Below the pieces are notes generated by a model, which saw only the letters and a list, made by a program, of their open reading frames with translations, did not search any database and had not been told where the DNA came from. Made by a program: the position numbers and the translations under genes. From Camelus ferus (taxonomy: Eukaryota): 64,000 bases of DNA. Of this stretch, positions 13,401 through 26,122 are shown in pieces. The DNA is taken from contig NC_045697.1 of NCBI RefSeq assembly GCF_009834535.1, forward strand, positions 91,452,001 through 91,516,000. Reading direction: 5' to 3'. How positions within the stretch are numbered: the first letter of the stretch is position 1; each line of letters starts with the position of its first letter.

Positions 13401-14203
13401 TTATCTTACTTGCAAAAATCTGGGCATTTATAACCAATCTTCTTCTGCATTTGCTACAGATTAACAGAAATCTCAGCTACTTGGCAGAATTAAAACTTTA
13501 AGTATTCTTAAGAGAAACTATACCTGTGTATGCTGCTCTCCTAAGGGAGAAATATGGCTTGAGATAGACTGGCTCTGGCCTTTTAGTAAAACTACCAAAA
13601 AATATGTACAGTAAACTAAAATACAAGATTTTCTCCTTCCTGCAAGCATGACTTAGTTTGGGGTTAAAATATGCTTCCTTCCCTCCCTGACTTCATCTTT
13701 TTAGCACAGGTGGTAAAACTGGCACTGCAGAATAGAAATCAGTAATTGATGCCAGGTTATTATGCCTCAACCTGTAATCTGAGTTTCCTGAGAAAATGTG
13801 CTTTTTAAAGTAGTTGAACATGTCTTCCTTCAAACAGTATTTCTAAATGTCTAATATTTCAAAGACTTCAATTAGTACAGTTTTCCTCACTGAACCAACA
13901 TGACATCCGATAATATTTAATATCTTTAGAAAAATCCACTTAGCTATGAGTTACAATTGTTTTACTATAAATCCTTAGAAGCACCTTTTGTAATAATCTG
14001 AAATTAAAAAAAATTTTTTTACACTAAAGTAAGTTTATATAGCTCTGGTTGCTACACAGTTATGAGTTATTTTTTAAATTCTTGCAGGTTCCATCTAGCA
14101 CACATTCCTAAATAGAAATAATGTTCTTGTCCTTCCAAAGTTAAGAATCTATTAAAAAATCCTAGACTGGGATAAAACCCTTCTTCAAAGTTGTGAATCT
14201 TTT

Positions 14204-14281
14204 TCGAGTTACTGGGGGGAATGAACCCAGGACCTCGTGCATGCTAAGCACGCACTCCACCACTAAGCTACATCCCTCCTC
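14204..14281 (-). mobile_element. Short (tRNA-head only) Vic-1-like SINE
   Basis: Head matches the other copies but the 3' tail is absent; TSD-like tcaaagttgtgaatctttt (14185-14203) / tcaaagccatgagtctttt (14282-14300). Confidence 0.8.
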
Positions 14282-15270
14282 TCAAAGCCATGAGTCTTTT
14301 GATAGCTAATCAGTCCATGTAGGAGAACAAGCAAAACAGCAAGGTGACAGAAGAGGAAGTAAAACCGAAACACAACAAAGAACTAGACATGACTAATCCG
14401 CCATACTACATCCCATTAATTTTACTTAATGTTCCTTTAGTGTTAAAACAAATGACAGTAAACAAAAAGTAACATTGTTTCTTGTTCTATTACTCTCAGG
14501 ACCTATACACAGTGACGAAGGTCCCATTGTGTATACCAGATTTCCACATTCACAGTTTGCAGAATGTGAAAAAGATGTGATCTTTCTTTCAGAGGTGTTT
14601 AAATATCAGTCAATAAATATTTATTGAAAACATATTGTGCAAAATACTGTACTAGGCAAGGGGGAAAATAAAGGAACACATGACATTTCTACTTTGAAGT
14701 GCTTACAATCTAATTGGAAAGATAAGATTTTCATGAAGAGAGGGAGAAGGAGGCAGAGAGGGAAGATGAGGAGACAGAAAGAGAGGACTTGTGTAATATT
14801 TATTACAAAACATAATTCATCGCTAAATTTTATAAGAAAGATTAAAAGTGACAGAGATTCAGAAAAGATAAGAGTTTGTGAAGTTGAAAATATCTTCCCA
14901 ATCTCTGGAAATTCATGTACTTTTATGCCCTTAGCAAGATTATTAAATTCCATTTCATCAAATCTTCAAGTTAAATTTATATATTTACTCACACACCTCT
15001 AGTCACTCAAGTACTCTTTCTTCTCCTCCTTACCTACTCATCCTTCAGAACTCATTTCTTTTGGGAAGACTGTCTGTCATCCTTCCTGCTGTCATGTATA
15101 CTTTTCCTTTCTCCCTGGTCTCCCAGGTGAACCCAGCATATGGTAGCAGTTGTAGCTGGATGCTTCAATAGTAATCTGCACATTCTTTGTCCAAAAAAGG
15201 TAACCATAGTAAAAGGTGATAAATGCCATCCATCTTTCCTACTAGATCGTAAGTTCAAGATGACAGACCA

Positions 15271-15385
15271 GGGGGGAGGGTATAGCTCAAGTGGTAAAAG
15301 CACATGTATAGCATGCACAAGGTCCTGGGTTCAATCTGCAGTACCTCCACTGAAAAAAAACGTATAAATAAACCTAATTACCTTT
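15271..15385 (+). mobile_element. tRNA-derived SINE (Vic-1-like) with microsatellite tail
   Basis: GGGGGGAGGGTATAGCTCAAGTGGTA…GGTCCTGGGTTCAATC…AAACCTAATTACC. Confidence 0.88.
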
Positions 15386-15391
15386 CACTTG

Positions 15392-15395
15392 GCGC

Positions 15396-15452
<57 letters not shown>
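15392..15452. repeat. (CG)n(CA)22 compound microsatellite
   Basis: gcgcgcgtgcgcgcgcg followed by CA x22 (15409-15452). Confidence 0.97.
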
Positions 15453-15455
<3 letters not shown>

Positions 15456-15605
15456 TACGGATGATTTTTACTCTTTTCCTAGCATCTAGCATAGTTTCTG
15501 GCTTAATAAGTATCTTCTGAATAAATGAATGCCTGAAAATATGTATCTTGACCTTTAAAATAAGCAATATTCAGAAGAAAGTATCAATATAGTCTTCTAA
15601 CATAC

Positions 15606-15677
15606 CATTTGACGGGCTGAAAGTTCTTCTGTTAGTCGAGAAATCTGTACAGAATATTGTTTTCTTACGTTTATAAC
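15606..15677 (-). CDS. SCLT1: SCLT1 exon 14 (72 nt)
   Basis: atttacag|GTT ATA AAC...CAA ATG|gtatgt; VINVRKQYSVQISRLTEELSARQM. Confidence 0.93.
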
Positions 15678-15863
15678 CTGTAAATTAAGATATTTATTAG
15701 GTCTACCATAGAATAATTAACATCTAATAAAACACTTATGATAATGATTTTGATAAAAAAGTATAACTTTTAGGGTATAATAGATAAGCATATGCTATAT
15801 TAAAAAGTCAAGAATTTACCATGACAGTGGAAATAAGTGAATAGGATGCTACATTCTAAAGGA

Positions 15864-15972
15864 CAATGGTTGTCAAACTTTTTGGTCTTACTATCTTTTT
15901 ACACTATAAAACAGATTTTTGTCTTTATAATGGATTCTCTATTAAAATTTACCATATTAGAAATAAAAACTA
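15864..15972 (+). mobile_element. hAT-Charlie (Charlie1-like) terminal fragment
   Basis: CAATGGTTGTCAAACTTTTTGGTCT…TTTACCATATTAGAAATAAAAACT. Confidence 0.6.
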
Positions 15973-15973
15973 A

Positions 15974-16030
15974 TTTGACACAACATTGTAAAATGACTGT
16001 AACTCAATAAAAAATGTTTAAAAAAAAAGA
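15974..16030 (+). mobile_element. Short young L1 3' end
   Basis: TTTGACACAACATTGTAAAATGACTGTAACTCAATAAAAAATG plus A-tail. Confidence 0.65.
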
Positions 16031-16729
16031 AAATCAGAGTTCTCACACCATGAGTAGTTTGATAAAACATTTTTATCATTAAAAGCCACAAAATGTATTA
16101 ATCTATTTTAAATATATGTCATTAACAATATTTTAAACTACCGTCAAAGTTACAGTAGTCTCAATGCCAAGAATAGGACAGGGATTCCTACAGAAAGGAT
16201 ATACAAGATTAGGAATTAAAAAAACCCAGGCTTTAGTTTGGATTCTGTCTCAAATTATAAATTTTATCTTGGGAAATTACCTAATTTCAGCCAGACAATG
16301 ACAAAGTAATAGATTTCTAAAAAATAGTTTTGTGGCAAGAAAAATACAGTGAATTATACAGTGAATTCACTGGAGTGAAAACTCGACCACTTAGTTGCTT
16401 GGGAGAAAAGCAAGCATGTTAGTTCTATTTTTTTTTTAACTGATGAGGTTTTAAAAACCAGTTCACTTCAATCTACCTAGGAGAGGAAAATAATATTGCC
16501 CACACAAGAAAAAACATAGGTAAGAAAAAAACTAACATCTTTGTTCTCTCCAGTGGAGGAACATACAGTGTACCTACCTATCCTGTAAGAGCTCATCTTA
16601 AAAGAGTATTAGTTTTTTAATCATCTGTTAATTTCATAGATAGCCTTTACAAATATGTAGGAGAGCATTTTAATGTAATTATTACTGTAAAAATGAAAAC
16701 AGTAATTTCTGCTTTTGCTAATTCATGTC

Positions 16730-17800
16730 TCTGACAAAAATGTCAAATTAAAAAAAACCAAGGCTTTTTCAAAAAGTGGCTGGATGATTCCTGGTCTGAG
16801 GCAGGGAAAGTACAAGATGAGAGAGAGCCCTTATTTATGCAAGAAAGCTAGAGACAATTTGAGAATAAAAAAGACTGATGGTAATGGCTCATGAAATAAA
16901 AAAAATAAGAAAGATCCATGAATCCACAGTGACATTAAAAAAGGGGGGAGGACTCTCCTTTACCAAAAAAATTGACAGCTAATAAATGTATAGAAAGACT
17001 GACAGAATTAGAATGTAATTGTTTTTAATTATCCCATAAAATATTTATTTCAGGCAAGAATTATCAATGGATGCTAAAACCACTGGATGAAAGATTTTGG
17101 TGGAAAAGGATACCTACATGGCACCTTCCCCAGTTGTTTATAAAGTATAAAATGGAGACATCTAGTCTTATCACCCTAATAATGTGGTCAAGTTTAGCAT
17201 CACCAATACACAACCTGACACTACAGCTTCCTAATGAAATGAAGTGGGAGGTAGGTATACACATTGCTCTGCCAGAAATGACCTAAATCTAGTCAAGATG
17301 AAACAGTCATGTGAATCCAGATGTGGAATATTCTAAAGGACAACTGGCCTGGATTCCACAAAGGATTCTTTGTCATATACAAAGGAAGGCAGGGGACTGG
17401 TTAAATCAAGGAAGACTACAGAGATACAGCAGTCAAGTGCAATGATGTATAAATATGGACTGGAGTCTGAATTTAAAAAGACAAACAGCCATAAAGAATA
17501 TTTTAGGGAAATCTAAGTTAGACTGAAATAATATGGATTTTTTTAATGTATGGTAATAGTGGTGTGGTTGTGTAGCAAAATGCTCTCTTTCTGGGGAAAC
17601 AGATGCTAAGATGAAGAGTCATGAGACCTCCGGCTTATGTGTGAATATTTCGCAAAAAGGAAAAATGCATATGTATGTAAAGAGAGATGGAATGGGTGTG
17701 GCAAGATACTAAGAGTTTTCTGGGTAAGAGGTAAATAAGTGTTCATTATGCAGCTCTTTCAAACTTTTTATGGGTTTGAAAAGTCCTAAAAATAAAAACA
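16730..17800 (+). mobile_element. L1MC4/5-like 3' region
   Basis: AAAGTGGCTGGATGATTCCTGGTCTGAGGCAGGGAAAGTACAAGATGAG and downstream L1MC motifs. Confidence 0.65.
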
Positions 17801-18771
17801 ATACAAAATGAATGGTAAACAATTTCTCACAGTGATTGAGAGTAGAGCTCAAGAATCAAGAACTGCATTTGTGACCCAGTTCTGCTACTTCCTGGAGGTG
17901 GAATCTTAAGCAAGTTAGTTAGCTACTCTATTTTTCAGTTTCTCATCTTTAAAATATTTTTTTGCGGTTTCTTCCTCCTAAAGTCACTTTACACTTTCAA
18001 ACTTTATCACACTGCTTACGAATTAATTCATATCTGTACCAGAGGAAAAGGCAAATAAATGTATGTCTTCTTTGTCTTTCTATATGAAAGCAAACTTGTA
18101 TTTCCAAGATAGTTTTAACTTTCATAAGGCTCACAATTCTAACCAAGAACCAAATCATTGCTTTAACACAAAAATATAAGATTTAGTCTTGATAATGGAA
18201 TTGCAAACACCACCACAATTCATAAGTTGTACAAGTATCAGCATGATGTGACTGAAACAATGCTGGGCTCACTATAGCCAAGAGAAGGCATGAGTCTAAG
18301 TTCTGGCTTTAATTAGTATATAATTTTGAGTGAGTCAATAACCTCTCACAGGTTTCAGTCTCATTACCAATAAAATAAGAGGTTAAAGCAGATTTCTCTG
18401 GTACTCTGGTCCCAAGACTCTAAGATACTGCAAACAACAGTAGGTTTTCTTCTCTTACTTCTCATGAATTCTAAGTTCCTTTTCGAGCTTTCTTTTTAAC
18501 TTTGTGTTTCAGGTATGTTAATCTGCACTGTATTCCTAGCCTAAATCTCTCTCCTTCCCACTTCCCCTATCCATTCCCTCTGCCTCACTCTAGCTCAAAT
18601 GTTAGGAGCTACCATCTTGAAATGATTTTTATTGGAAATTTACTACAATTGATGCAATTAGCTGATAATTAATTAGCTAGGTCAATCAGGCAAAACCTCA
18701 GGTAGTATTTAGTCTTAAGCTGTGAAATTTTGTAAAATTTTGGATTTTAAATATAATGAAAAATCCTTTAC

Positions 18772-18870
18772 TTCCTTCCTGGTTCTTACGGAGGCATCTT
18801 GCAGAAGCCGGGAAATGGTTTCTTTCATTTTCTCTATATCTTCTTCTTTTTGCTTTTCCTCAAGCAGAGC
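18772..18870 (-). CDS. SCLT1: SCLT1 exon 13 (99 nt)
   Basis: ttctgaag|GCT CTG...AAG GAA|gtaaag; ALLEEKQKEEDIEKMKETISRLLQDASVRTRKE. Confidence 0.95.
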
Positions 18871-18949
18871 CTTCAGAAAATAATAATTTGATGTTATTAT
18901 AGACTGCATCATTATTAATAAAGATAACATAATAAATGGGTAAAAACTT

Positions 18950-19870
18950 ATCCACTAATCACTTTCTTGAAAGCATATATCTTATTCAAAACTACTGAGA
19001 CATCTCCACTTGGAGATCTTGCCTAAGTTATGAATGACATTTATTTTCCCTAAACTCCTCACCTGACCATGTCTTAACCAAAAATTTATTCTTTTCCTTC
19101 GACATTTCAAGCAGTGCCATGACTCTTCTGACCTCTACAGCTGGATATTTAGAATTATTTTTGAATTTTCTTTCTCTTTTATTCCCTATACAAAATAAGT
19201 AATCAAGTTTAAATATTATATTCTCAGAAAAATCTTTTCGGTTTCCCTTTCTTTCCATTATTTATTTTTTTTCAAATTATGTCCCTTGTTGCTTCATACC
19301 TCCTTTACTGTAGACACTACCTACTTCATCTCTATGACATTTCTAACTATCCAATCATTTTCATTTACAAAATATTTCACCTACAAAATATTCTTACAAT
19401 CCTAGTTCTGTTCTTAGTCACACTCCATTTCTTTGCTTCCCTGTGGAGCAAACTCCTCTGAAGTCTACACTTGCTTATCTCTAAAACTCTCATGTTCACT
19501 CCAATAAAGCTTTCACCACCAATGATCTCTATACTGATAACCCATGAGCCAATTTTGAGTAACTGTCTTATATATCTGTCAGCAGCACTTGAGATAATGG
19601 ATTACTTTCATTTCTGTTTTACTTTTTTTATTTGGCTTTTAGCGCATCACAGTATTGGTTCTCTTCTTAACTCACTGATTATTTCTTCTTAGTGTGCGTT
19701 GCTGTTTCTTCCTCTTCTCCTGAACCTCTTTAATACTTAACTACCCAAGACTTAGTCCTTGGTTCTTTTCTCTAACTGCATCCATCCCTTGGTAGGCTAA
19801 TCCAATCTCATGGTTTTAAAATACCATTTATATGCTGACAATTCCCAAATTTACATCTCTAGTCCAAGGA
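18950..19870 (+). mobile_element. L2 fragments
   Basis: CCAATCTCATGGTTTTAAAATACCATTTATATGCTGACAATTCCCAAATTTACATCTCTAGTCC (L2 YADD-region motif). Confidence 0.65.
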
Positions 19871-21452
19871 TCTTCCTGAGCCTGGAATTCCTCCGATTTT
19901 AGTCTTGAGTGAATTTTTTTTTTTTAAATATCATTACAAGGTAAGTGGCTCTTTGTTTTGACCCCACTGTCTTCCAAAGATACCATACATGTTCCTATCT
20001 TTGCTTTTTATTGTTTAATAAATCTTCTCCCGCTTAAATAGGTAAACTAGTGAGAATTAATTGCTCTTTTGATGTCACAACCTTTTCAGGGAGAACAGGA
20101 CAATGGGGAAAAGGGAAGCTTCATAAGGAAACTATACTAAGGTTGCTTCTTGCCTATGTGTATGATTGGCTGAAAGAACCCTTGACTTCTTGGAACAAAC
20201 AACTGAAGGTGGGAACCCTCTGGCAATTAAGCAACAAGTCAAGAGGGAACTTAATACCGTGGCCATAAATAGCCTCTGTAAAGGTCTGTTGACCTACGAC
20301 TTGGGTGAGAAGATCTGTGGGATAGGCAGTGAGTGTCACTACTACCTTCTCTGTCCATCGTGCTACACACAAAATGTTCACCTTTGTGACCTGATGTTAA
20401 GAATGTTCATATGACTAGGCTTCAGGGGGAAGAGATAAACAGTTTTGCCCTGCTCTTAATTTTTCTAAATAACTTAGGTGTTTAGAGCAACTCCCAAGAA
20501 CATTTTGTCTCTTTTGCACCTTTCAACCATTCTAAAGAAACAGTATTCAGATCACAGGTGGGAATGTTAGCTGAAAGGTGTAATAAGTACCAAAACATTC
20601 CCACAGCTTAGATTTGGATAATTATTTCTTTTTTACATCTTAGTGGCTTCTTAATATGCAACTTATAGCTTATTTTGTTTTTAACAGTGCTCTTGGAAAA
20701 CTGTCTACTATGTGAAAAAGAAAGCATAAATAAAACAAAATATTTCCTTTGTATTCCCCATACTTCCCAGTGGACGTGCTATGCATATACTAGGTATTCA
20801 ATAAATGTTGGTTAAATGAAATAATAATTTAATGAGAGGCAGCAACATTAAAAACAAATTATCTACTTTGTGACTTCTATAAATTATATACCATTCATAT
20901 GGAAGTGGTACAAGATGAAAACTATGATATGCAATAGCACAGTAATCACAATATCTAGAGGGTTAAAAAATACAGCATGGTGACATGAAGGCTCCAGTTA
21001 ATAAATCTTTATGGCTAAATTTAATTCCCATCAATTAAGATTCTATTCTATTAGAGTAATTGGACAGGTGACAAAGCGGAAATAAAGATGAGTAAGATTC
21101 ATGCAAGTGAATAAAATATATAGAGTACACATGCTGCAGTAAAGTACTTTAACAGATTTTTTGAAAAGTATGAGACTACAGGGGATGAAGATTAGTTACA
21201 TAAGAACTGCAGACATTAAAAAAAACTCTAATATGAAAGTTTTCAGAGAAGGTTGACATTTTATCATATTTTATGATGTTAAGTCTTAACATCAAGAGTG
21301 TAGCATGTCTATTAATGATGAGTATAGTACTTTCATTTTTCTGTGTTTATTCTGTAGTTATTGATTTCCTTACTATCAGGTCACACGGGGGAATGTTAAA
21401 TATTTTATTACCTATTTTACTTATTTATAAACATGTTTATTACTTTTCTTAC

Positions 21453-21630
21453 CTGATTTTTTTGAAGGTTAACTTCTTCTAAGAGTTGCATGCTATTTCT
21501 GGCTCTCACAATAGCTTCATATTTCTCATCTTCTAATTCATTGCACTTTGCTTGTAACTCTGTGGTCTGTTTTTCCAAATGTGTTTTTTCTGCTCTTAAT
21601 TGGGTAGCTTCTTGGATTGTCACACATAAC
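21453..21630 (-). CDS. SCLT1: SCLT1 exon 12 (178 nt)
   Basis: tttttag|G TTA TGT...AAT CAG|gtaaga; LCVTIQEATQLRAEKTHLEKQTTELQAKCNELEDEKYEAIVRARNSMQLLEEVNLQKNQ. Confidence 0.96.
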
Positions 21631-22029
21631 CTAAAAATTAATAGTCACATCGCAAAAGTTAAATATTTTTAAAAAGAAGGAGGGAGACAAGAGATTTACA
21701 GAGCATCTGTTACAGGACAAGCATTATTCCAGTTACTTTCACATGTATCTTCTCATTGGATCCACTCAAAAGTTCTGTAAAATAAGTTTCATTATTTCCA
21801 TTTAAAAGAATGACAGACCCAGAGAGCTTAAACATTTGATTAAGGTCATATGAATAATGAGCAGTGGGACAAAGACTAAGCCTAGGTATTCTAACACTAA
21901 TTATGTTACATTTTCTACACTTTTCTACTTGTGTTAACTCATACTGTCTCATATAGTTACATGACAATGTTATAAAGCAAATTCTTAAAGAATAGTTGTT
22001 CTATCTATATGGTCTATTTTTATCTTTGC

Positions 22030-23980
22030 TTGATTCCCCTTTCCTACTCTCTACCCAAGTAACTCATGTTAACTTACTAATGTATATCTTTGAATATTTT
22101 TCTCCATGTTCATAATATCACACATATCATTTTATACCGACACAGTATACATTTAAATATACATACACAGTATATATACATCTATCCACTGGTTTTTAAA
22201 CATAATATTTTATGTTATAAAAATTAAGATCATAGTATACACCCTTTTCTGCATTTGATTTTCTTACTCAATAATATCTTACAAAAATCCCCTTAAACAA
22301 TACATCCCAAACCTCTTTCCCTTCCTAGTCTGATGGATGTAACTTCTCTTCACTGTTAAATACTGGAGAATTTAAGCCTATTTTAAAAGTTTGTTAGCTA
22401 TGTGATTTGTCTTCTTTGAATTTTCTCTTCATAGCCTTTGCCCATTTTTTCTGATGGCTTATTTACTTTGCTTTTCTTTATAAGAACTTTTTGAATATTA
22501 AGATACTAACCCTCAGTCTTCTATATGGCAAATATTTTTCCCAAATCTACCTTTCTGTTGTTGCCTATTGACTCTATTTAGGATATCTTTATTACACTAA
22601 AATGTTCCCTTTAACAAAGCTAAATTTGACCTTTTTTCCCCAACATCTGGGATTTCAGTTTTTATAAATGTAATGTCATCTCCTAGAATTCCTTGAAAAA
22701 TTACCTTTAATATTTTTACCTGTAAATCTTTAATCAATCTGGAATTTACTTCTGAATGTTCTATAAGGAAGGAGTCTAGTTTACCTGTCTCCCAGATTGA
22801 CGGCTAGTTACATGAGTACCATTAGTAACTGATGAACTGAAATAACTCCGTATCAGAACGAAAATATGCAAATTATGACTTCCTTATGGATTGTCATGTT
22901 TCACTGACCTATTTGTCTATTCTATGCCCAAATCATATTAATTTGATTTAAGTGGCTTTATAACATGTTCTGATGTCAGATAAGACAATTCTCTCTTACA
23001 TTATATATTTTTCTTTGTTTTTTTTCAAGCATTTCTTTTATCTAAGTGTTGGCAGGAGAAGCCTTCTGTATTCTCTCCCCACCCTTTCTACCCACACCCA
23101 AACACAGGAGTTCCAGGAGGAAGCATCCCTGCTCCAGCACACCTGACATTTTCCCAGCTTTAGAAATTGAGAGGACTCAGCCTCACTTTTATTTAATTTC
23201 TCTATTTTTAAACCTTTGTTGTTGTTGTTGCTGGGTAGATCTGTTTAATTCTGAATGAACTGAGTTAAAGTCTACCAGTATTTTAGCCAGAGTTCCTAGT
23301 TGCCAGCAGTAGACTAACTCCAATTTAAGCAGATAAAGAGTTTATTAAAAAAAAAAAAAAAAGATATTGGTAAATTCACAGACTCACTAGGAGAGCTGGA
23401 GAACCAAGTTTGAAGCTTTATAGTAAGGGAACATGCCTGGAACTTCATCACAGGATTAGGATGGTCTCCAATGAAGAGGGGAATTCCCCAAACATTGTAG
23501 GAAGGTAAGAGGCAGATGGCCAAAAATAATAACCATAAGTGTATTTTCATCAAATCACCCTTGCATTTCCTAACTTCTGCATTACATGTTTAGCTGTCCT
23601 ATTATCTGCCATATTTAGATTTATTAATGTTGTATCTTTTTCATAATGGTGCCATTTTTCATTAGATAAGGTCCCTCTTTATTCTGTTTAGTGCTTTTAT
23701 CATTAAACTCTACTTTGTGTGATATTGTCATTCTTGTTTTCTTGTTTATAGTTGTTAATATTCTCCACTAAAACCTTTAAAATTTAAAACAGATCCTCTT
23801 CATCCTTCCTTTCTCAGTATCTTTGTTCATTTATTCTTTTTTTTAGGTATTTTCTAAAGTAACATATTACTAGGACTTGCTTTTTAATTAAAATCTGCAA
23901 GTCTCTGCCTTTTAATGGAATTCACTCCTCTCATACTTCAATGATTTACGTATATGACATTATTCATTCCATCTTACTTT
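22030..23980 (-). mobile_element. Old L1 fragments with an inserted MLT1-like LTR piece (~23277-23500)
   Basis: Degenerate L1 ORF2/3' motifs; MaLR-like TATTTTAGCCAGAGTTCCTAGTTGCCAGC…TTTAAGCAGATAAAGAGTTTATT. Confidence 0.55.
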
Positions 23981-24537
23981 GGTTAAAGCATGGTGGTAGA
24001 TGATGAAGCAATCGCCACCTCCCCACAGAGGTACAGGACATTTGACACTTTACTAGCAGCAGTTCACCCATTTGCTTCACCATGGCCTCTTGGGGACCAG
24101 GTAGAGGAGGTAGACTCATGAAGAGTTTACGCAAACTTCATCTTCCAAAAGCCCATGGGGCTCAACAGGGCAAACTCTGTTTAGGACTTGGTGAATTCCA
24201 ATCCTCAGTCAAAACTCTCTGACTCTTGTCTTCAAGCTTGACACTCACCCATGTCAGAAAAAGCCTTGCAAATAAAGGTTTCATATGTATTTAACAGTCT
24301 GGCAGATCCAGTAACCATTTGGCTCTGAAAAGTCAGATTGGTGTTAGGAGTAGAGTTACAGGAAAGTAGCTTCAGATAATCAGCTTCATAATTTATAGGT
24401 TTCCATAATTTTATAACATAGAAGATGTATTACTACTATTCTTATTCTCATAAAGGCACTTCTACATGCTCTACAGCCAAATCTTATAAGAATCCTTTCT
24501 TGGAACTTACTAAAATTGGGCCAAGTTCCCTCTTTAT

Positions 24538-24603
24538 AATATAATAATAATAATAATAATAACAACAACAACAACAACAACAACAGCAACAACAACAACA
24601 ACA
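24538..24603. repeat. (AAT)n(AAC)n trinucleotide microsatellite
   Basis: Read directly from sequence; produces the poly-Leu ORF artefact. Confidence 0.95.
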
Positions 24604-24679
24604 TCAATGATAATAGCAAACACTTGTAAGAACACACTTTGTACTGGGTACTTTACATATGTTAAAGAAAAACATAATC

Positions 24680-24791
24680 AAAATATGAAAACAAATATAT
24701 GTATGTATATACAAGACTGGGACATTGTGCTGTACACCAGAAATTGACACATTGTAATTGACTGTATTTCAATAAAAAATTTTTTTAAATT
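24680..24791 (+). mobile_element. Young 5'-truncated L1 3' end inserted in MIR
   Basis: TGCTGTACACCAGAAATTGACACATTGTAATTGACTGTATTTCAATAAAA; TSD aagaaaaacataatc (24665-24679) / aagaaaacataatc (24792-24805). Confidence 0.85.
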
Positions 24792-25460
24792 AAGAAAACA
24801 TAATCCTCAATATTTTCAAAAACACTATGAAACAGGTTATATCATTAGCCTATGAGGTAGATATGAAGCTAGTATCATATAGCCAATGAGGGAGCTTAAA
24901 TCATTATATTTATTTTATACAAAGGGAAACTTACAGTACAATGAGGGTAAGTAACTTGCCCATGGTTATTGATCTAGTTATTGGTGAAGCTGGAGCTTGA
25001 ACTCAAGTCAGTTTGGGTCCAGAGTAAGCGATCCTAATAAATATGCTAGACTGCCAAACAGAAACTTCCACTTAATACAGATTCAACTCATAGATCTATG
25101 TATCTGTTAGTATACAGCAAGAGGCTATCACTTCAAGTAAAGTTGGGGTGAGGAGACATACTAAAGCCCACGGTGCTGAATTAAAGCTTGCATATGGAAC
25201 AATATTACCCCCCAGAATCTTTCCTCAGTTTTGGAATACACTCAGGCTTGTGCACTTACATTCCCAGCCCGCAGCAGAAGACTGGTGGATCCCAACCTGA
25301 AGAAACTGGCCCAAGAAAGAGCACCCCCAGTTTTTGATATCTGGGGATTGTCCAAGGAAAAAGTCAGCTCACTGCCTAAACATAATACAGTAAGTCTGTC
25401 AGACTGTAAGTCCATCTATACACACCTAACTACCTATCTACTTTTTGGTGTCTTAATTTT

Positions 25461-26122
25461 TTTAAATTGAGATATAATTGACATAAAACATTATAGTCAA
25501 CCCTCTATATCGGCAATTTCTACGTCATGGATTCAGCCAACCACAGATTAAAAATATTTGGAAAAAAATTACAAAAAGTTCCAGAGAGAAAAACTTAAAT
25601 TTGCCATGCACCAGCAACTATTTACACAGCATTTATATTGTATCAGTAATTAATTTAAAGGTGATTCAAAGTATATGCAAGGATGTGCAGGTTTTATGCA
25701 AATACTACACCATTTTATATAAGGGACTTGGACATCCACAGATTTTAGTATCCACAGGGTTCTGGAACCAAAACCTGTTGGATACTGAGGGACAACTGCG
25801 TATTAGTTTCAGGTGTAAAACATAATTTGATATTTGATATATTTTGAAATAATCACCAAAGTCCAGTTAGTATCCATCACCCCATATAGTTACAATTTTT
25901 TTCTTGTGATAAGAACTTTTAAGATCTATTCTCTTAGCAACTTTCAAATATACAACACAGTATTGTTAAATATAGTCACCGGGCTATACATTACATCTCC
26001 ATGACTCATTTCTTTTAAAACTGAAGTATGTACCTTTCGATCCTTTCACCTATTTTGCTCCCCCCCTACCTCCCTGCCTCTGGCAACCACCAGTCTGTTC
26101 TGTATCTATGAGTTCAGTTTTT
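25461..26122 (-). mobile_element. L1 3' UTR (L1MA-like) fused to U6, interrupted by a MER2-like element
   Basis: Typical L1 3' end (…AACTCATAGATACAGAACAGACTGGTGGTTGCCAGAGG…GAAAGTTGCTAAGAGAATAGATCTTAAAAG…) ending in an A-tail. Confidence 0.85.
25494..25798 (-). mobile_element. MER2-like Tigger MITE nested in L1
   Basis: Terminal inverted repeats TAGTCAACCCTCTATATC / GATACTGAGGGACAACTG; internal motif TGCAAATACTACACCATTTTATATAAGGGACTTG; inserted at TA. Confidence 0.82.

Noticed and set aside
24386..24637. Poly-Leu signal-peptide-like ORF
   Set aside because: It is the translation of the (AAT)n(AAC)n microsatellite.
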